NCBI GenBank assembly: GCA_030619865.1
Contig: JAUXAP010000001.1
Span: 2,214 to 66,213 of the forward strand
Source of the DNA: Dehalococcoidia bacterium
GTDB lineage: Bacteria; Chloroflexota; Dehalococcoidia; Dehalococcoidales; JAUXAP01
Direction: 5' to 3'
DNA: 64,000 nucleotides
Shown: in pieces, positions 18,901 through 28,637 of the stretch
Position numbering within the stretch: position 1 is the first letter of the stretch
Layout of the letters: each line of letters opens with the position of its first letter
Notes under the pieces: model-generated
What the model was told of the DNA's origin: nothing
Database searches by the model: none
What the model saw: the letters and a program-made list of their open reading frames with translations, nothing else
Made by a program: the position numbers and the translations under genes

Positions 18901-20763
18901 CTACTTAATGTCCAATTCTTCTACTTTTTCTGGGGTGGGTATACCAGTTTTCGCATCCCAGCCCATTAGAGTATAGTAATAGCTTTTAGCCTCCTCCAGC
19001 TGTTCACGGTCATAGAACTTGGTGGATAGGACTCCATTCCTTTTCGGCTGGAAGAAACGGTCAGGCAGCTTATCGTCAGCAGCACTGAGCCCCTCCCGAA
19101 TATTAAATAGCCTAGCCATGGTCATAGTTCTCTCAGCTGCCCTCAGCATTTCAACTGGGCTGGTATCCCAGCCAGTAACTGCTGTCAATATATCAGCAAC
19201 CTGGTTTGCATCATAAGGTAGCATTGCGCAGACCACAAGATTATCTATAACAATATTAAACAGATGTATATCTCGGAATGCGGCTACCTTACGTACCCCA
19301 AGGTCATCAGCGGGAAGAGGCTCCAACATTCCTAAGAGCCTAGCGCTATCAAAGGATGACCCCGGTTGGCTGTAGCCAGTATCATGCATATTGTCACAGT
19401 GGTCAGCCCCGTGCGGGTTAACCGCATAGCCTAAGCCCAGAGCCGCTTTTACTCTCGGATCATGCATTCCTAGTTCCAGTCCCTTACTGTGCATGGCGAA
19501 TTTCTCGGCCCCTTTGCCGATTTTTTGGGCAGCCCGAGCCGTTCCCTCAGCCAGCAGGTCGCCAATACCCTCACGCCTGGCAATCAATTCAATGACCTTA
19601 AGCATGGCTTCAGCATTGCCAAATTTCAGTTCAATACCATTGGTATCCTTAGTAGTCAGCAGCCCGTTCTCAAAGCACTCCATGGCGAAAGCAATGACAG
19701 CCCCTGCAGAAATGGTGTCCAGAGAATAGGCATTACAGAGTTCATTCCCTTTAGTGACTGCCTTAAGGTCGCCTATGCCACAGTTAGAACCTATAGCGGC
19801 TAATGTTTCATATTCCGGGCCACCGTAGGCAGGATCAACAGAGTAAGGTTCGTCAAACTTGACCACCTTTTTACAGCGAACAGGACAGGCATAACAAGCT
19901 TCCATCTTAATCCTGATGGTGTCTCTTATTGCCTGAGCACTTATATCTGTTGCCGCTGGGAATTCACCATCTAAGAAATTACGAATTGGTAGATTCCCAG
20001 TAGCGATATGGGTCTCCATCATCGCCCCGGTGCCCAAGTCATGAAGCGATGCCCAACGTTGCGGATTGTCTAAGACCCACTGCCGGATTTCCTTCACACG
20101 CTCAGGGTCAGCCACTTTGGGTCTCTTGTGACCTCTAACAGCAATAGCTTTGAGGTTCTTGGAACCCATTACTGCCCCTGTGCCTCCTCTGCCGGCAGCA
20201 TCCTTAAGGTCGTTCATGATGCAGGCAAAGCGTACCAGGTTTTCTCCCCCCGGCCCTATGGATGTTACTCGAATCAGACTATCTCCCAGCTCATCTCTAA
20301 TAGTCTGTTCTGTCTCTTTGGTATTCTTTCCCCAGAGGTGGCTGGCGTCCCGTAGGCTGGCTTCTCCATCCTGAATCCAGAGGTAGACCGGTTTTTCCGC
20401 CTTACCCTCAACAATAATAGCATCAAAGCCAGCATGCTTGAGCTCGGCACCCCAGAATCCACCAACCTCTGACTTGGAATAGCTTCCGGTCAGGGGCGAT
20501 TTGGCACCAATACAATGACGACCACTGCCCGGTAATGGGACTCCGGTCACCGGTCCAGCGGCAAAGATTAGCTTGTTATCGGGACCTAGTGGGTCAACCC
20601 CTGGTTTTAGTTCCTTCCACAGAAAGTAGGCAATGAAGCCAGCACCACCCAAATACTTCCGGCAGAAAAGTTCATCAATTGTCTCTTCAGATATGCTATT
20701 GTCAGACAGATTCACTCTCAGGATTTTACCGTTATAACCACCCGGTACCTGTTCAGCCATCAA
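18901..20763 (-). CDS. Aldehyde:ferredoxin oxidoreductase family (tungsto/molybdopterin) enzyme
   Basis: 620 aa. The N-terminus is the AOR type (GYNGKILRVNLSDNSISEE...KYLGGAGF). The 4Fe-4S cysteines lie in EACYACPVRCKK. The length is typical. Confidence 0.9.
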   Translation of the reverse strand: MMAEQVPGGYNGKILRVNLSDNSISEETIDELFCRKYLGGAGFIAYFLWKELKPGVDPLGPDNKLIFAAGPVTGVPLPGSGRHCIGAKSPLTGSYSKSEVGGFWGAELKHAGFDAIIVEGKAEKPVYLWIQDGEASLRDASHLWGKNTKETEQTIRDELGDSLIRVTSIGPGGENLVRFACIMNDLKDAAGRGGTGAVMGSKNLKAIAVRGHKRPKVADPERVKEIRQWVLDNPQRWASLHDLGTGAMMETHIATGNLPIRNFLDGEFPAATDISAQAIRDTIRIKMEACYACPVRCKKVVKFDEPYSVDPAYGGPEYETLAAIGSNCGIGDLKAVTKGNELCNAYSLDTISAGAVIAFAMECFENGLLTTKDTNGIELKFGNAEAMLKVIELIARREGIGDLLAEGTARAAQKIGKGAEKFAMHSKGLELGMHDPRVKAALGLGYAVNPHGADHCDNMHDTGYSQPGSSFDSARLLGMLEPLPADDLGVRKVAAFRDIHLFNIVIDNLVVCAMLPYDANQVADILTAVTGWDTSPVEMLRAAERTMTMARLFNIREGLSAADDKLPDRFFQPKRNGVLSTKFYDREQLEEAKSYYYTLMGWDAKTGIPTPEKVEELDIK

Positions 20764-20996
20764 CTTTACCTCCTTGTACTATTTGGCATAACTTACTGAG
20801 CAGTATAAATCTGTGGCCAGATGTAGTCAAGCCAACTCAGTCTCTTCTGACTACGCCATTCCTCCTGTATCTGCCAAAGGTTTCTTGCTACAGCATACAC
20901 TGTGCAACAATCATTTAAGTTTGCTGATTTGACAGCCACAGAGCCAAGGTTTTATCATTACCATTGTAGTTGATAACCGACGTAAGGAGGACATCA

Positions 20997-21593
20997 ATGA
21001 TTAATAGGATTGCCATTGTCAAACCTCACCCTTTTCCCATGATACTAAAGTACACTGACATTCGCAGCTATATTCTTACCGGCGTTTTCGTTTTATTAAA
21101 TGTTGCCGTACCTTGGGTTTTCCACCAGTTTCATCTGGCTGGTCCCACCTTCCTACCCATGCATATCTTTGTCTTCGTAGCCGGATTACTATTTGGCTGG
21201 CGGGCGGGTTTAATTGTTGGCTTCCTTACCCCCCTGGCTAGCTATACGGTATCGGGAATGCCAGTGCTGCCGATTTTACCCCAAATAGTAGTTGAACTTT
21301 CTGTCTATGGTCTGGTAGCCGGGATGCTACGGGAAAAGTTTAATCTGCAAATGGTGTGGGCACTACTGGGAGCGATGATAGCCGGACGTTTAGCCTTATG
21401 TCTAGGAGTTTTAGCGATATACCTTACTATAGGAAATGTTTATAGCCCCCTCGGTTTAGAAGCTAACCCATTATTCGTGGCTTGGTCGGTAATTAAACAG
21501 GGATGGCCAGGCATCGTTATCCAGCTAGCTTTGATACCGGCAGTTATCTGGCTGGTAGGGAGATTGACCGCGAAAACGTCGAGGAGTAGATAG
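20997..21593 (+). CDS. Multi-pass membrane protein, ECF-transporter S-component-like
   Basis: About 5-6 TM helices, small size. The start is moved to ATG 20997 (SD AAGGAGG at 20983-20989). A candidate promoter TTGACA (20929)-N18-TATCAT (20953) lies upstream. The family call is tentative. Confidence 0.45.
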   Translation: MINRIAIVKPHPFPMILKYTDIRSYILTGVFVLLNVAVPWVFHQFHLAGPTFLPMHIFVFVAGLLFGWRAGLIVGFLTPLASYTVSGMPVLPILPQIVVELSVYGLVAGMLREKFNLQMVWALLGAMIAGRLALCLGVLAIYLTIGNVYSPLGLEANPLFVAWSVIKQGWPGIVIQLALIPAVIWLVGRLTAKTSRSR

Positions 21594-21599
21594 CCTTAG

Positions 21600-22013
21600 G
21601 TGCACAAGCATCTCTTCAACGGATTCTTGGCCAGCAGTGACACCCTTCGGGTGTATAAAGGTGACAAATTAATCTTCTCCTCAGATAAAGATAGATTGCT
21701 GCCCTTACTTGAATACATTGATCGGTTTAGTCCTCATCACCAGCAGGTAGTAATATTCGATAAAATAATGGGTAACGCTGCCGCCTTGCTATCCATCAAG
21801 GCTGGTTGTCAGGAGGTATACAGTCCGCTGGGCAGCCAGCTCGCTGCCAAGACACTGGACAAATATGGCATTAAATATCACCTTGCCAAAGTTGTACCCT
21901 ATATTCAGAAACCTGGCGGGGAAGATATGTGCCCTATGGAGAAACTATCGATAGATAAGGGGCCAGAAGCATTCTATAAAGTAATGAGAAACATTATCAA
22001 TAAAAGGGCATAA
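21600..22013 (+). CDS. DUF1893 (TM1506-like) domain protein
   Basis: 137 aa. The pattern LRVYKGDKLIFSSDKDRLLPLLEYI...VIFDKIMGNAAALL...GCQEVYS is what I recall for DUF1893. GTG start. Confidence 0.45.
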   Translation: MHKHLFNGFLASSDTLRVYKGDKLIFSSDKDRLLPLLEYIDRFSPHHQQVVIFDKIMGNAAALLSIKAGCQEVYSPLGSQLAAKTLDKYGIKYHLAKVVPYIQKPGGEDMCPMEKLSIDKGPEAFYKVMRNIINKRA

Positions 22014-22048
22014 AAAGTAATCTTGTAATATGCTATAATTTCGCTGGT

Positions 22049-22124
22049 GGGGATATAGCTCAGTAGGGAGAGCGCTGCGTTCGCATCGCAGAGGTTGGGG
22101 GTTCGAATCCCCCTATCTCCACCA
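22049..22124 (+). tRNA. tRNA-Ala (anticodon CGC)
   Basis: Hand-folded cloverleaf. Acceptor GGGGATA/TATCTCC with the G3:U70 alanine identity pair; anticodon loop TTCGCAT; T-arm GGGGG-TTCGAAT-CCCCC; encoded CCA. Confidence 0.9.
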
Positions 22125-22191
22125 AAGGGAACGATAAATTGCATCTCTGGGGTAGAACAAGCTGGTCCTAATCAGTAATGAAAAGGCAGGA

Positions 22192-23241
22192 TTACACTTT
22201 GTAGGCCTGCCAAGTACCCATGCAGCCGTGACCCTTACGCACGTGGAACAGACCTTTAGCTGGTTCGGCAATGTAGCCAACGATTGAGTGATTATGTCCT
22301 TCTCCATGGCGACAAATGCCAGCGGGGTCACCCTCGTGGTCTGCCAGAATAGCTTTCATTGTATCTAATGTTATCTTTCCCCACTGTTCCTTAATAAGGT
22401 AACGCATACGTTCTAAGCGTGGCTTAGAATCGGGTAGCCAATCCGGGTCATAAGGAATGAACTGAGGTACGAGATAGTGGTTAGTGTGGATGCGCCAATC
22501 TGGATGGTCGTCGGTGAAGATGGCAACACCTCCAGGTCTAACTTCAACGTCAGCAATGCTGCCTTGACCATCACATATTACCTTATTGAAAGCAGAACAG
22601 GTTCTATTCTGCTCTAATAAGCTCACACACTCCTCAACAGTCCGCTTCTCTAGCATAATTCGGTTTAAAGGATAACGAAACATGGCTCGCCGAAATTCGA
22701 GGTCCAGGCTGTGAAGACCATTGATTAAGTGGGCTACCCCGTACTCATTCATTCCCTGATGGCCCAACTGCCCGGCACAAGTAACCATAAGCGCCCTGGG
22801 ACGCTCATCACTAGGTTTGACATGAAGTAGGATAGTGATATCGCTGAATTCCGGCCGCATGTCCTCATTCTGACCTATGATAGTATTACCGTCTGCGGTT
22901 GCCGAATCAGTAATAGCAAAAGCAGTACAGCCACCTCCATGCGCTTTAGCAACCTCATGCCTGGTCTGGCAAAGCAAAGCCTCTTCGAAGCTTATGTCCG
23001 CTCCTTTAGCCAGACCACGGATTTCGTCCACCAGCGCTACGCTTAGATTCTCAAACATGGGCAGGAAAGCCATTGCGCAGTTGCAGAGTAACTCATGGGG
23101 TTCCCCGGTCATCTTTTCAATCCATCTTAGATAGTTTCGCACTAGCTGGCGTGCCTGAACACCGTGCTGATACCCCATCTCATACGATGTACCTGATACT
23201 TCTATGAGGGGGAAAGTATTTTCTCCAGTATTCATGCTCAA
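22192..23241 (-). CDS. Peptidase C45 family protein (acyl-CoA:6-APA acyltransferase-like Ntn hydrolase)
   Basis: 349 aa. GTSYEMGYQHGVQARQLV near the N-terminus and a GGCTAF nucleophile-cysteine block are typical of C45 proteins. Confidence 0.65.
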   Translation of the reverse strand: MSMNTGENTFPLIEVSGTSYEMGYQHGVQARQLVRNYLRWIEKMTGEPHELLCNCAMAFLPMFENLSVALVDEIRGLAKGADISFEEALLCQTRHEVAKAHGGGCTAFAITDSATADGNTIIGQNEDMRPEFSDITILLHVKPSDERPRALMVTCAGQLGHQGMNEYGVAHLINGLHSLDLEFRRAMFRYPLNRIMLEKRTVEECVSLLEQNRTCSAFNKVICDGQGSIADVEVRPGGVAIFTDDHPDWRIHTNHYLVPQFIPYDPDWLPDSKPRLERMRYLIKEQWGKITLDTMKAILADHEGDPAGICRHGEGHNHSIVGYIAEPAKGLFHVRKGHGCMGTWQAYKV

Positions 23242-23268
23242 CTCATCTCCTTTCCAATAAAAAGTTGC

Positions 23269-24750
23269 TTAAAGGAAAGGGTTCTCACCCTCGTAGTATA
23301 CTCCTTTTGGCAGATTGAATGAAATATCTTCAATACCGAGCATCTTAAAAATATTAAAGACTGTTTTTCCTACATACCTAAAGGCAACTGCAGTATGGTG
23401 CGGGAAGTGTTTGGCGAGAAGAACGTGCCGATAAAACCGTCCCATTTCAGGAATAGCAACCACCCCGATGCCGCCAAAAGATTTAGGGTCAATATCAAGA
23501 ATCTCCCCTTCGGCGACGTATGCCTTCAATTGTGCATCTGCGGTAGACTGGAGCCGAAGTATCGTTAATTCTCCTGGCCTGATTCGTCCTTCCAACGTGC
23601 CCCGGGTGATATCAGGTTCTCCATCACCCTCCAAGATTCGCTTCATAATGCGCTGGTATTGAAGGGAAAATGTTTTGAGACAGGAGCTTGGAGTATTTCC
23701 ACAGTGAAAGCCCATGAAAAGGTCGCTTGGTTTATAATTTTTCACGACCGCTTTTGCCACCTCAACCATATCATAAGGAACACTGTTATTGAGATCGAGA
23801 AGTGTGACGGGCAATTCTGTTGCCGCAGCAGCAATATACTCGGATAATGCACCGTAAATATCAACTTCACAGGCAACGGGGATACCCTTGCTCGCCAATC
23901 GGGAATTAACAAAACAGGGGACAAACCCAAAATATGATTCAAATGCTGGCCAACATTTATTGGCAAAAACTCCGAATTCCGATGCGCCGAGATTATCTTC
24001 GTAGAATTTGATAAGAGCGACTTCATACTGTGCCAGTTTTTTCAACAGTTCAGGATATGTATTGCCTGCTCCTAGTTCAGCCGCCATTTCTTTCTCGACC
24101 GTTTCAACTGCCGGGTCATCTTTAGCCTTCAGGAAAATGTCGTAGAGGTCCAGCTCACTATTCTCCATGATTTCAACACCAAGGTCGAACAAAGGCTTAA
24201 TCGGCGCATTGCAAACAAGGAAATCCTGCGGCCTTGGCCCGAAGGAAAAAAGCTTTAGGTTTTTTAACCCGATGATAACACGGGCTACCGGAATAAAATC
24301 CTTAATCATATCGGCAATCTCGGGAGCGATACCAACCGGATATTCAGGAATATGTGCATTTACCTTTCTTAAATTTAAATTATAAGAAGCATTCAGCATC
24401 CCGCAGTATGCATCTCCCCTGCCATCGAGAAGGTCATCTTTGGTTTCTTCAGCTGCCGCACAAAGCATGACCGGCCCACCAAATTTCTGGGCTAACATGG
24501 TTAAGGGGCCTTCGGGACCAAAGTTACCAAGATATATGACCAAAGCATTGACGTCTTTCGCCTTTATTTCATCCAGCGCTTTTAAGACGTCGTCCTCATG
24601 TTCAATAACGGTTTCGAGCTTAGTCACAGGGATTTGCTTTTTGCTACATTTCTCAACAACTTTATCTCGCCTTTTTTGGGCTAGTTCAATTGGAAAACAG
24701 TCCCGACTTACCGCAATAACACCAGTTTTTACTTCTGCTATGTTTCTCAT
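23269..24750 (-). CDS. L-fucose/L-arabinose isomerase family protein (FucI-like sugar isomerase)
   Basis: 493 aa. It has the N-terminal FucI-like Rossmann part and a C-terminal barrel. It lies directly downstream of araD and araB in the same strand cluster, which suggests a pentose isomerase role. Confidence 0.65.
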   Translation of the reverse strand: MRNIAEVKTGVIAVSRDCFPIELAQKRRDKVVEKCSKKQIPVTKLETVIEHEDDVLKALDEIKAKDVNALVIYLGNFGPEGPLTMLAQKFGGPVMLCAAAEETKDDLLDGRGDAYCGMLNASYNLNLRKVNAHIPEYPVGIAPEIADMIKDFIPVARVIIGLKNLKLFSFGPRPQDFLVCNAPIKPLFDLGVEIMENSELDLYDIFLKAKDDPAVETVEKEMAAELGAGNTYPELLKKLAQYEVALIKFYEDNLGASEFGVFANKCWPAFESYFGFVPCFVNSRLASKGIPVACEVDIYGALSEYIAAAATELPVTLLDLNNSVPYDMVEVAKAVVKNYKPSDLFMGFHCGNTPSSCLKTFSLQYQRIMKRILEGDGEPDITRGTLEGRIRPGELTILRLQSTADAQLKAYVAEGEILDIDPKSFGGIGVVAIPEMGRFYRHVLLAKHFPHHTAVAFRYVGKTVFNIFKMLGIEDISFNLPKGVYYEGENPFL

Positions 24751-24755
24751 TTCAT

Positions 24756-25460
24756 TTATCTCCTGTTGTGTTGTCCGTAATATGAATTTTCGCCATGTTT
24801 ACGATTAAAATGCTTATCGATTAATGATTTTCTTATAGCTGAGATATCAGGGTTAATCGAAAGTGTATCAAGTGCCATCTTCGCCAGATATTCAAGAATA
24901 ACAGAATGATACACTGCCTGTTCAGGCGTAATGCCCCAGGTGAAAGAACCGTGTGATGCAACGAGAACCATCGGAGTATGTTTGTACGAATAACTGTTGA
25001 ATGTTTCAATTATCAGATTACCTGTTTCTGTTTCATAATCACCTTTAATTGCCTCATCGGACATTATCGCCGTGCATGGAATTTCTCCTGGAGAATAATC
25101 CGCATGAGTCGTCCCCAGACAAGGGATAGCTCTTTGTGCTTGTGCCCAAGCAACAGCATAAGGTGAATGTGTGTGAACAACCCCACCGATTTCAGGAAAG
25201 CTTTTGTATAGAACGAGGTGAGTTTTGGTGTCCGAAGAAGGATTTAAGTCTCCTTCTATAATACTGCCATCAATGCCAACAAGCACCATCATCTCAGGGG
25301 TAAGTTCTTCGTAGGCAACACCGCTTGGTTTGATGGCCACGATGCTTTTTTCTCGGTCAATGCCGCTTACATTTCCGAATGTATAGACAACCAGGTTTTT
25401 CTCATTAAGTTCAAGGTTCGCTTTACAAACTCTTTCTTTTAGTTCCTGTAATAATCCCAT
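24756..25460 (-). CDS. araD: L-ribulose-5-phosphate 4-epimerase (class II aldolase fold)
   Basis: 234 aa. LVVYTFGNVSGIDREKSIVAIKPSGV, VVHTHSPYAVAWAQA and YLAKMA are classic AraD blocks. Confidence 0.85.
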   Translation of the reverse strand: MGLLQELKERVCKANLELNEKNLVVYTFGNVSGIDREKSIVAIKPSGVAYEELTPEMMVLVGIDGSIIEGDLNPSSDTKTHLVLYKSFPEIGGVVHTHSPYAVAWAQAQRAIPCLGTTHADYSPGEIPCTAIMSDEAIKGDYETETGNLIIETFNSYSYKHTPMVLVASHGSFTWGITPEQAVYHSVILEYLAKMALDTLSINPDISAIRKSLIDKHFNRKHGENSYYGQHNRR

Positions 25461-25478
25461 GATGTACTCGCCTCATTT

Positions 25479-27158
25479 TTAATTCATTATTTCATGTTCT
25501 ACAAAAGTGCCCAGCTTACCATATTTCTCATACAGGACTTTATATTTCTCTGCATTCTCCGGAACAGGCACATATTCCTTCACAAAGCCGCTGTTCATAT
25601 GTTGTTGTGCTTCCTCAATGGTCTTATATATCCCGGCAGCAGTGGCGGCACACATTGCAGCACCCAAAGCACAGACTTGGTCGGAGCCACAGACTTTAAT
25701 AGGTCGGTTCAATACATCGGCAATAACTTGCATAACAAAGCTTGATTTTTGGGGGATTCCCCCGATAGCGATGATCTGCTTAATAGCAACACCCTCAGAT
25801 TCAAACCGGTCATTAATTTTCCTGGCTCCAAAAGCTGTCGCCTCTATAAGCGCCCGGAAGATTCGCGGAGCGTCACTGCCGAGGTTAAGCCCCATTATAG
25901 CCCCTTTCAAAAATTGGTTGGCATCAGGTGTCCTTCTTCCATTCATCCAATCAAGAGCAATGATACCAGATTCATCGATAGGGATTTTCTCTGCTTCACT
26001 TGTGAGAGCAGGAACGATTTTCTCATCAATTTCAGCTGAAAGTTTGGCTTTTGTTTGGTCATCAATAAGCGTAGTGGCTTGTAAAATGCTCGGTAAGGGC
26101 CAGTATAATAATGACCCAAACCAGGCATAGATGTCGCCAAAACCTGATTGCCCGGCTTCCAGTCCAATCATGTCAGGGATTACCGAGCCGTCTATCTGTC
26201 CACATATACCTTTTACCAATTTATCACCTAGCTCTTCTTTAGGTGCCAGTAACACATCACAGGTCGAAGTCCCTATTATTTTTACCAGTGTATAGGGTTT
26301 AATCCACGCCCCAATCGCCCCCATATGGGCATCGAAGGCACCGACGCCAATGACTACATCTTCTTTAAGACCGAGTCGTTTTGCCCATTCTGCGGAGAGA
26401 GTGCCTACTTTAACGTCGGATGTATAGGTCTCTTTATAGAGCCTCTCTTTTAGACCTTTTAGAAGTGGGTCGATTGCGATTAAGAATTCTTCATCGGGGA
26501 GGCCTCCCCATGATTCATGCCACATTGCTTTATGGCCGGCAGCACAGCGGCTCCTTTTTATGGTTAAAGGCCTCTTATTGCCGGTCAGCACCGCCGGTAT
26601 CCAGTCACACAGTTCAATCCACGAATAGGCGGCATTACGAACTTTCTTGTCGGCTCTCAGGGTGTGCAATATCTTCGCCCAAAACCATTCTGCGCTATAA
26701 ACACCACCTACATATTTGGTAAAATCAGTTCCACTCCATGTTTTGGCAACCTTGTTTATTTCGGCAGCTTCTTTTACCGCCGTGTGGTCTTTCCATAGAA
26801 TAAACATGGCATTAGGGTTGTCTTGAAACTCCGGGAGCAAAGCGAGGAGGGTCCCTTCCTCATTTATCGGCCCCGGAGTAGAGCCGGTTGTGTCAACTGA
26901 GATACCTTTTATATTTTCTCTGACTCTTTCGGGTGCATTTTCCAGGCAAGCACTAATGGTTTTTTCCAATCCTTCAATGCAGTCGGCGGGGTGATGGCGA
27001 AATTGATTTTTCTCTGGCACACAATATTTGCCTTCCCTATATCGGGAATAATAATGCACCTCGGATGCGATTTCCCGGCCTGTTTCTGCATTGACAATAA
27101 GCGAACGTACTGAGTCGGTTCCAAAGTCGACTCCTATGACGTAACTGTCATTGCTCAT
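25479..27158 (-). CDS. araB: Ribulokinase (FGGY carbohydrate kinase)
   Basis: YVIGVDFGTDSVRSLIV N-terminal FGGY motif, about 560 aa as for AraB, and a C-terminal GGIPQKSSFVMQVIADV block. The start is set at ATG 27158; the track ORF starts at TTG 27203. Confidence 0.8.
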   Translation of the reverse strand: MSNDSYVIGVDFGTDSVRSLIVNAETGREIASEVHYYSRYREGKYCVPEKNQFRHHPADCIEGLEKTISACLENAPERVRENIKGISVDTTGSTPGPINEEGTLLALLPEFQDNPNAMFILWKDHTAVKEAAEINKVAKTWSGTDFTKYVGGVYSAEWFWAKILHTLRADKKVRNAAYSWIELCDWIPAVLTGNKRPLTIKRSRCAAGHKAMWHESWGGLPDEEFLIAIDPLLKGLKERLYKETYTSDVKVGTLSAEWAKRLGLKEDVVIGVGAFDAHMGAIGAWIKPYTLVKIIGTSTCDVLLAPKEELGDKLVKGICGQIDGSVIPDMIGLEAGQSGFGDIYAWFGSLLYWPLPSILQATTLIDDQTKAKLSAEIDEKIVPALTSEAEKIPIDESGIIALDWMNGRRTPDANQFLKGAIMGLNLGSDAPRIFRALIEATAFGARKINDRFESEGVAIKQIIAIGGIPQKSSFVMQVIADVLNRPIKVCGSDQVCALGAAMCAATAAGIYKTIEEAQQHMNSGFVKEYVPVPENAEKYKVLYEKYGKLGTFVEHEIMN

Positions 27159-27239
27159 TATGCCTGCCGTGGTAATAATATGTTTTTGATGTTTAATTTG
27201 CAAGGAAGGTTCATTTTGGGTTCCTGAGATTAATCACGG

Positions 27240-28133
27240 TCATGTGTTGGAGGCAATGCTATTGGGGCCTTCTTGACTTTCTCTAAGCGGTCCGTAGTTT
27301 TCTAACTTTAAGGATGCTATCCTGGCTGCAAATTCCCCTACCTCACGAAGGTCGTCGGTTTTTTGCCTTGAGAAGAGATATCCAGCCATATAGGTATCGC
27401 CACAGCCGGTAGGGTCGGCTAACTTCCTCGGGGTAAAGGAGGAGATTGAATAGAACTTCCCTTTAGAATAGATCAAGGAATCTTTACTGCCACAGGTTAT
27501 AATAACCTCCTCCGGACCATATCCTGACAGCTTGACTGCCATTCCCTTCAAGTCTTCCTCCTGGGACAAAACCCTCGCCTCTTCCTCGTCGGCCTTTAAA
27601 ATACTTACCAAAGGAAGGGCTTCTTCTTTCTCCTGCCAATCGGTGAGTCTGACTTTTCCGCTCTTTTGGTCAATACTTCTCAGAAACCCTTGCACATCAA
27701 GGGAGATTTTTGACCTCTCTGAAAGAGACCTTAGCACATCCAGAGGGATATCGCCTTTAGTCAAAGGGCCGAGATGGAAAATCCTTGAATGGATGTTCTC
27801 TACATCTTTGGTGGTGAATGGTAATGCAATGTCACTTACTTTTTGCTCCCTATTATCCAATTCCCTTGAGTAAATGTTTGTGAAAGCCGTTGTCCGAGGA
27901 CTTTCCCTCAGAAAAACGGGAATCTTTTCTTTTTCTAACTTGTTCAAAAGAGGCGTTTCTTCCTTGCCAATCTTTGTAATCACTGAAACATTCATGCCCA
28001 AGCTTTTCAAAGCTATTGGCAAGAAATAGGCTGTGCCGCCCGGCATTTCCCTCTCCGTATCACCGATCCTTATTATGTCCTTCGTCACATGTCCTACTAC
28101 ACAAACGTCGAACATGTTTTCCCATCCTTTCAT
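27240..28133 (-). CDS. PfkB-family carbohydrate kinase
   Basis: 297 aa. CVVGHVTKD...GGTAYF N-terminal motif and DPTGCGDTYMAGYL C-terminal PfkB signature. An alternative start is ATG 28115. Confidence 0.8.
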   Translation of the reverse strand: MKGWENMFDVCVVGHVTKDIIRIGDTEREMPGGTAYFLPIALKSLGMNVSVITKIGKEETPLLNKLEKEKIPVFLRESPRTTAFTNIYSRELDNREQKVSDIALPFTTKDVENIHSRIFHLGPLTKGDIPLDVLRSLSERSKISLDVQGFLRSIDQKSGKVRLTDWQEKEEALPLVSILKADEEEARVLSQEEDLKGMAVKLSGYGPEEVIITCGSKDSLIYSKGKFYSISSFTPRKLADPTGCGDTYMAGYLFSRQKTDDLREVGEFAARIASLKLENYGPLRESQEGPNSIASNT

Positions 28134-28257
28134 TCAGCGCTGAAACTCAGGCGTTACTTAATTTATTCAGCAGCCTGTTCCGGGCATAATAATAGCACCG
28201 CCTGCTAAAATCCGCTACTGACCAAAGAGAGCGGCACATATCGTCTCGTTACCACTG

Positions 28258-28286
28258 TTGCAAGCCAGATACTTTATTGCTAAAAT
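28258..28286 (+). promoter_or_regulatory. Candidate sigma-70 promoter for the tRNA cluster (TTGCAA-N17-TAAAAT with TGC extended -10)
   Basis: TTGCAA at 28258-28263, a 17-nt spacer, then TAAAAT at 28281-28286. It lies about 33 nt upstream of tRNA-Arg. Confidence 0.45.
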
Positions 28287-28318
28287 TGCTTTTGGTGACA
28301 ATTATCTCTACCAAGTAC

Positions 28319-28395
28319 GCCCCTGTAGCTCAGGCGGATAGAGCAGCGGTTTCCTAAACCGCGTGTCGCGCGTTCGAGTCGCGCCAGGGGTACCA
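28319..28395 (+). tRNA. tRNA-Arg (anticodon CCT)
   Basis: Hand-folded. Acceptor GCCCCTG/CAGGGGT (G1:U72); anticodon stem GCGGT/ACCGC with loop TTCCTAA; T-arm GCGCG-TTCGAGT-CGCGC; discriminator A plus CCA. Confidence 0.85.
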
Positions 28396-28465
28396 GTCAA
28401 TTTAGGGGGCTTTATTGGTCTTGGGCAAATATGATAAAATCAGGGTGTAATTTTTTAATAAGCGC

Positions 28466-28542
28466 AGGAGTGTAGCTCAGTTTGGAAGAGCAGCGGTCTC
28501 CAAAACCGCCGGTCGGGGGTTCGAGTCCTCCCACTCCTGCCA
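28466..28542 (+). tRNA. tRNA-Trp (anticodon CCA)
   Basis: Hand-folded. Acceptor AGGAGTG/CACTCCT; anticodon loop CTCCAAA; discriminator G plus CCA. Confidence 0.85.
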
Positions 28543-28548
28543 AAGCCT

Positions 28549-28635
28549 GCCGAGGTGGTGGAATCGGTAGACACGCCATCTTGAGGGGGTGGTGAGCGTA
28601 AGCTCGTAGGAGTTCAAATCTCCTCCTCGGCACCA
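28549..28635 (+). tRNA. tRNA-Leu (anticodon GAG), long variable arm
   Basis: Hand-folded. Acceptor GCCGAGG/CCTCGGC; anticodon loop TTGAGGG; long variable arm TGAGCGTAAGCTCGTA; T-arm AGGAG-TTCAAAT-CTCCT; A plus CCA. It begins 6 nt after tRNA-Trp. Confidence 0.85.
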
Positions 28636-28637
28636 GA

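Noticed and set aside
20764-20996. Looked for a vitamin riboswitch (TPP, FMN, preQ1, cobalamin) upstream of the ECF-S-like membrane protein.
   Set aside because: I could not find any conserved riboswitch core sequences by eye. A covariance-model scan would be needed to exclude one.
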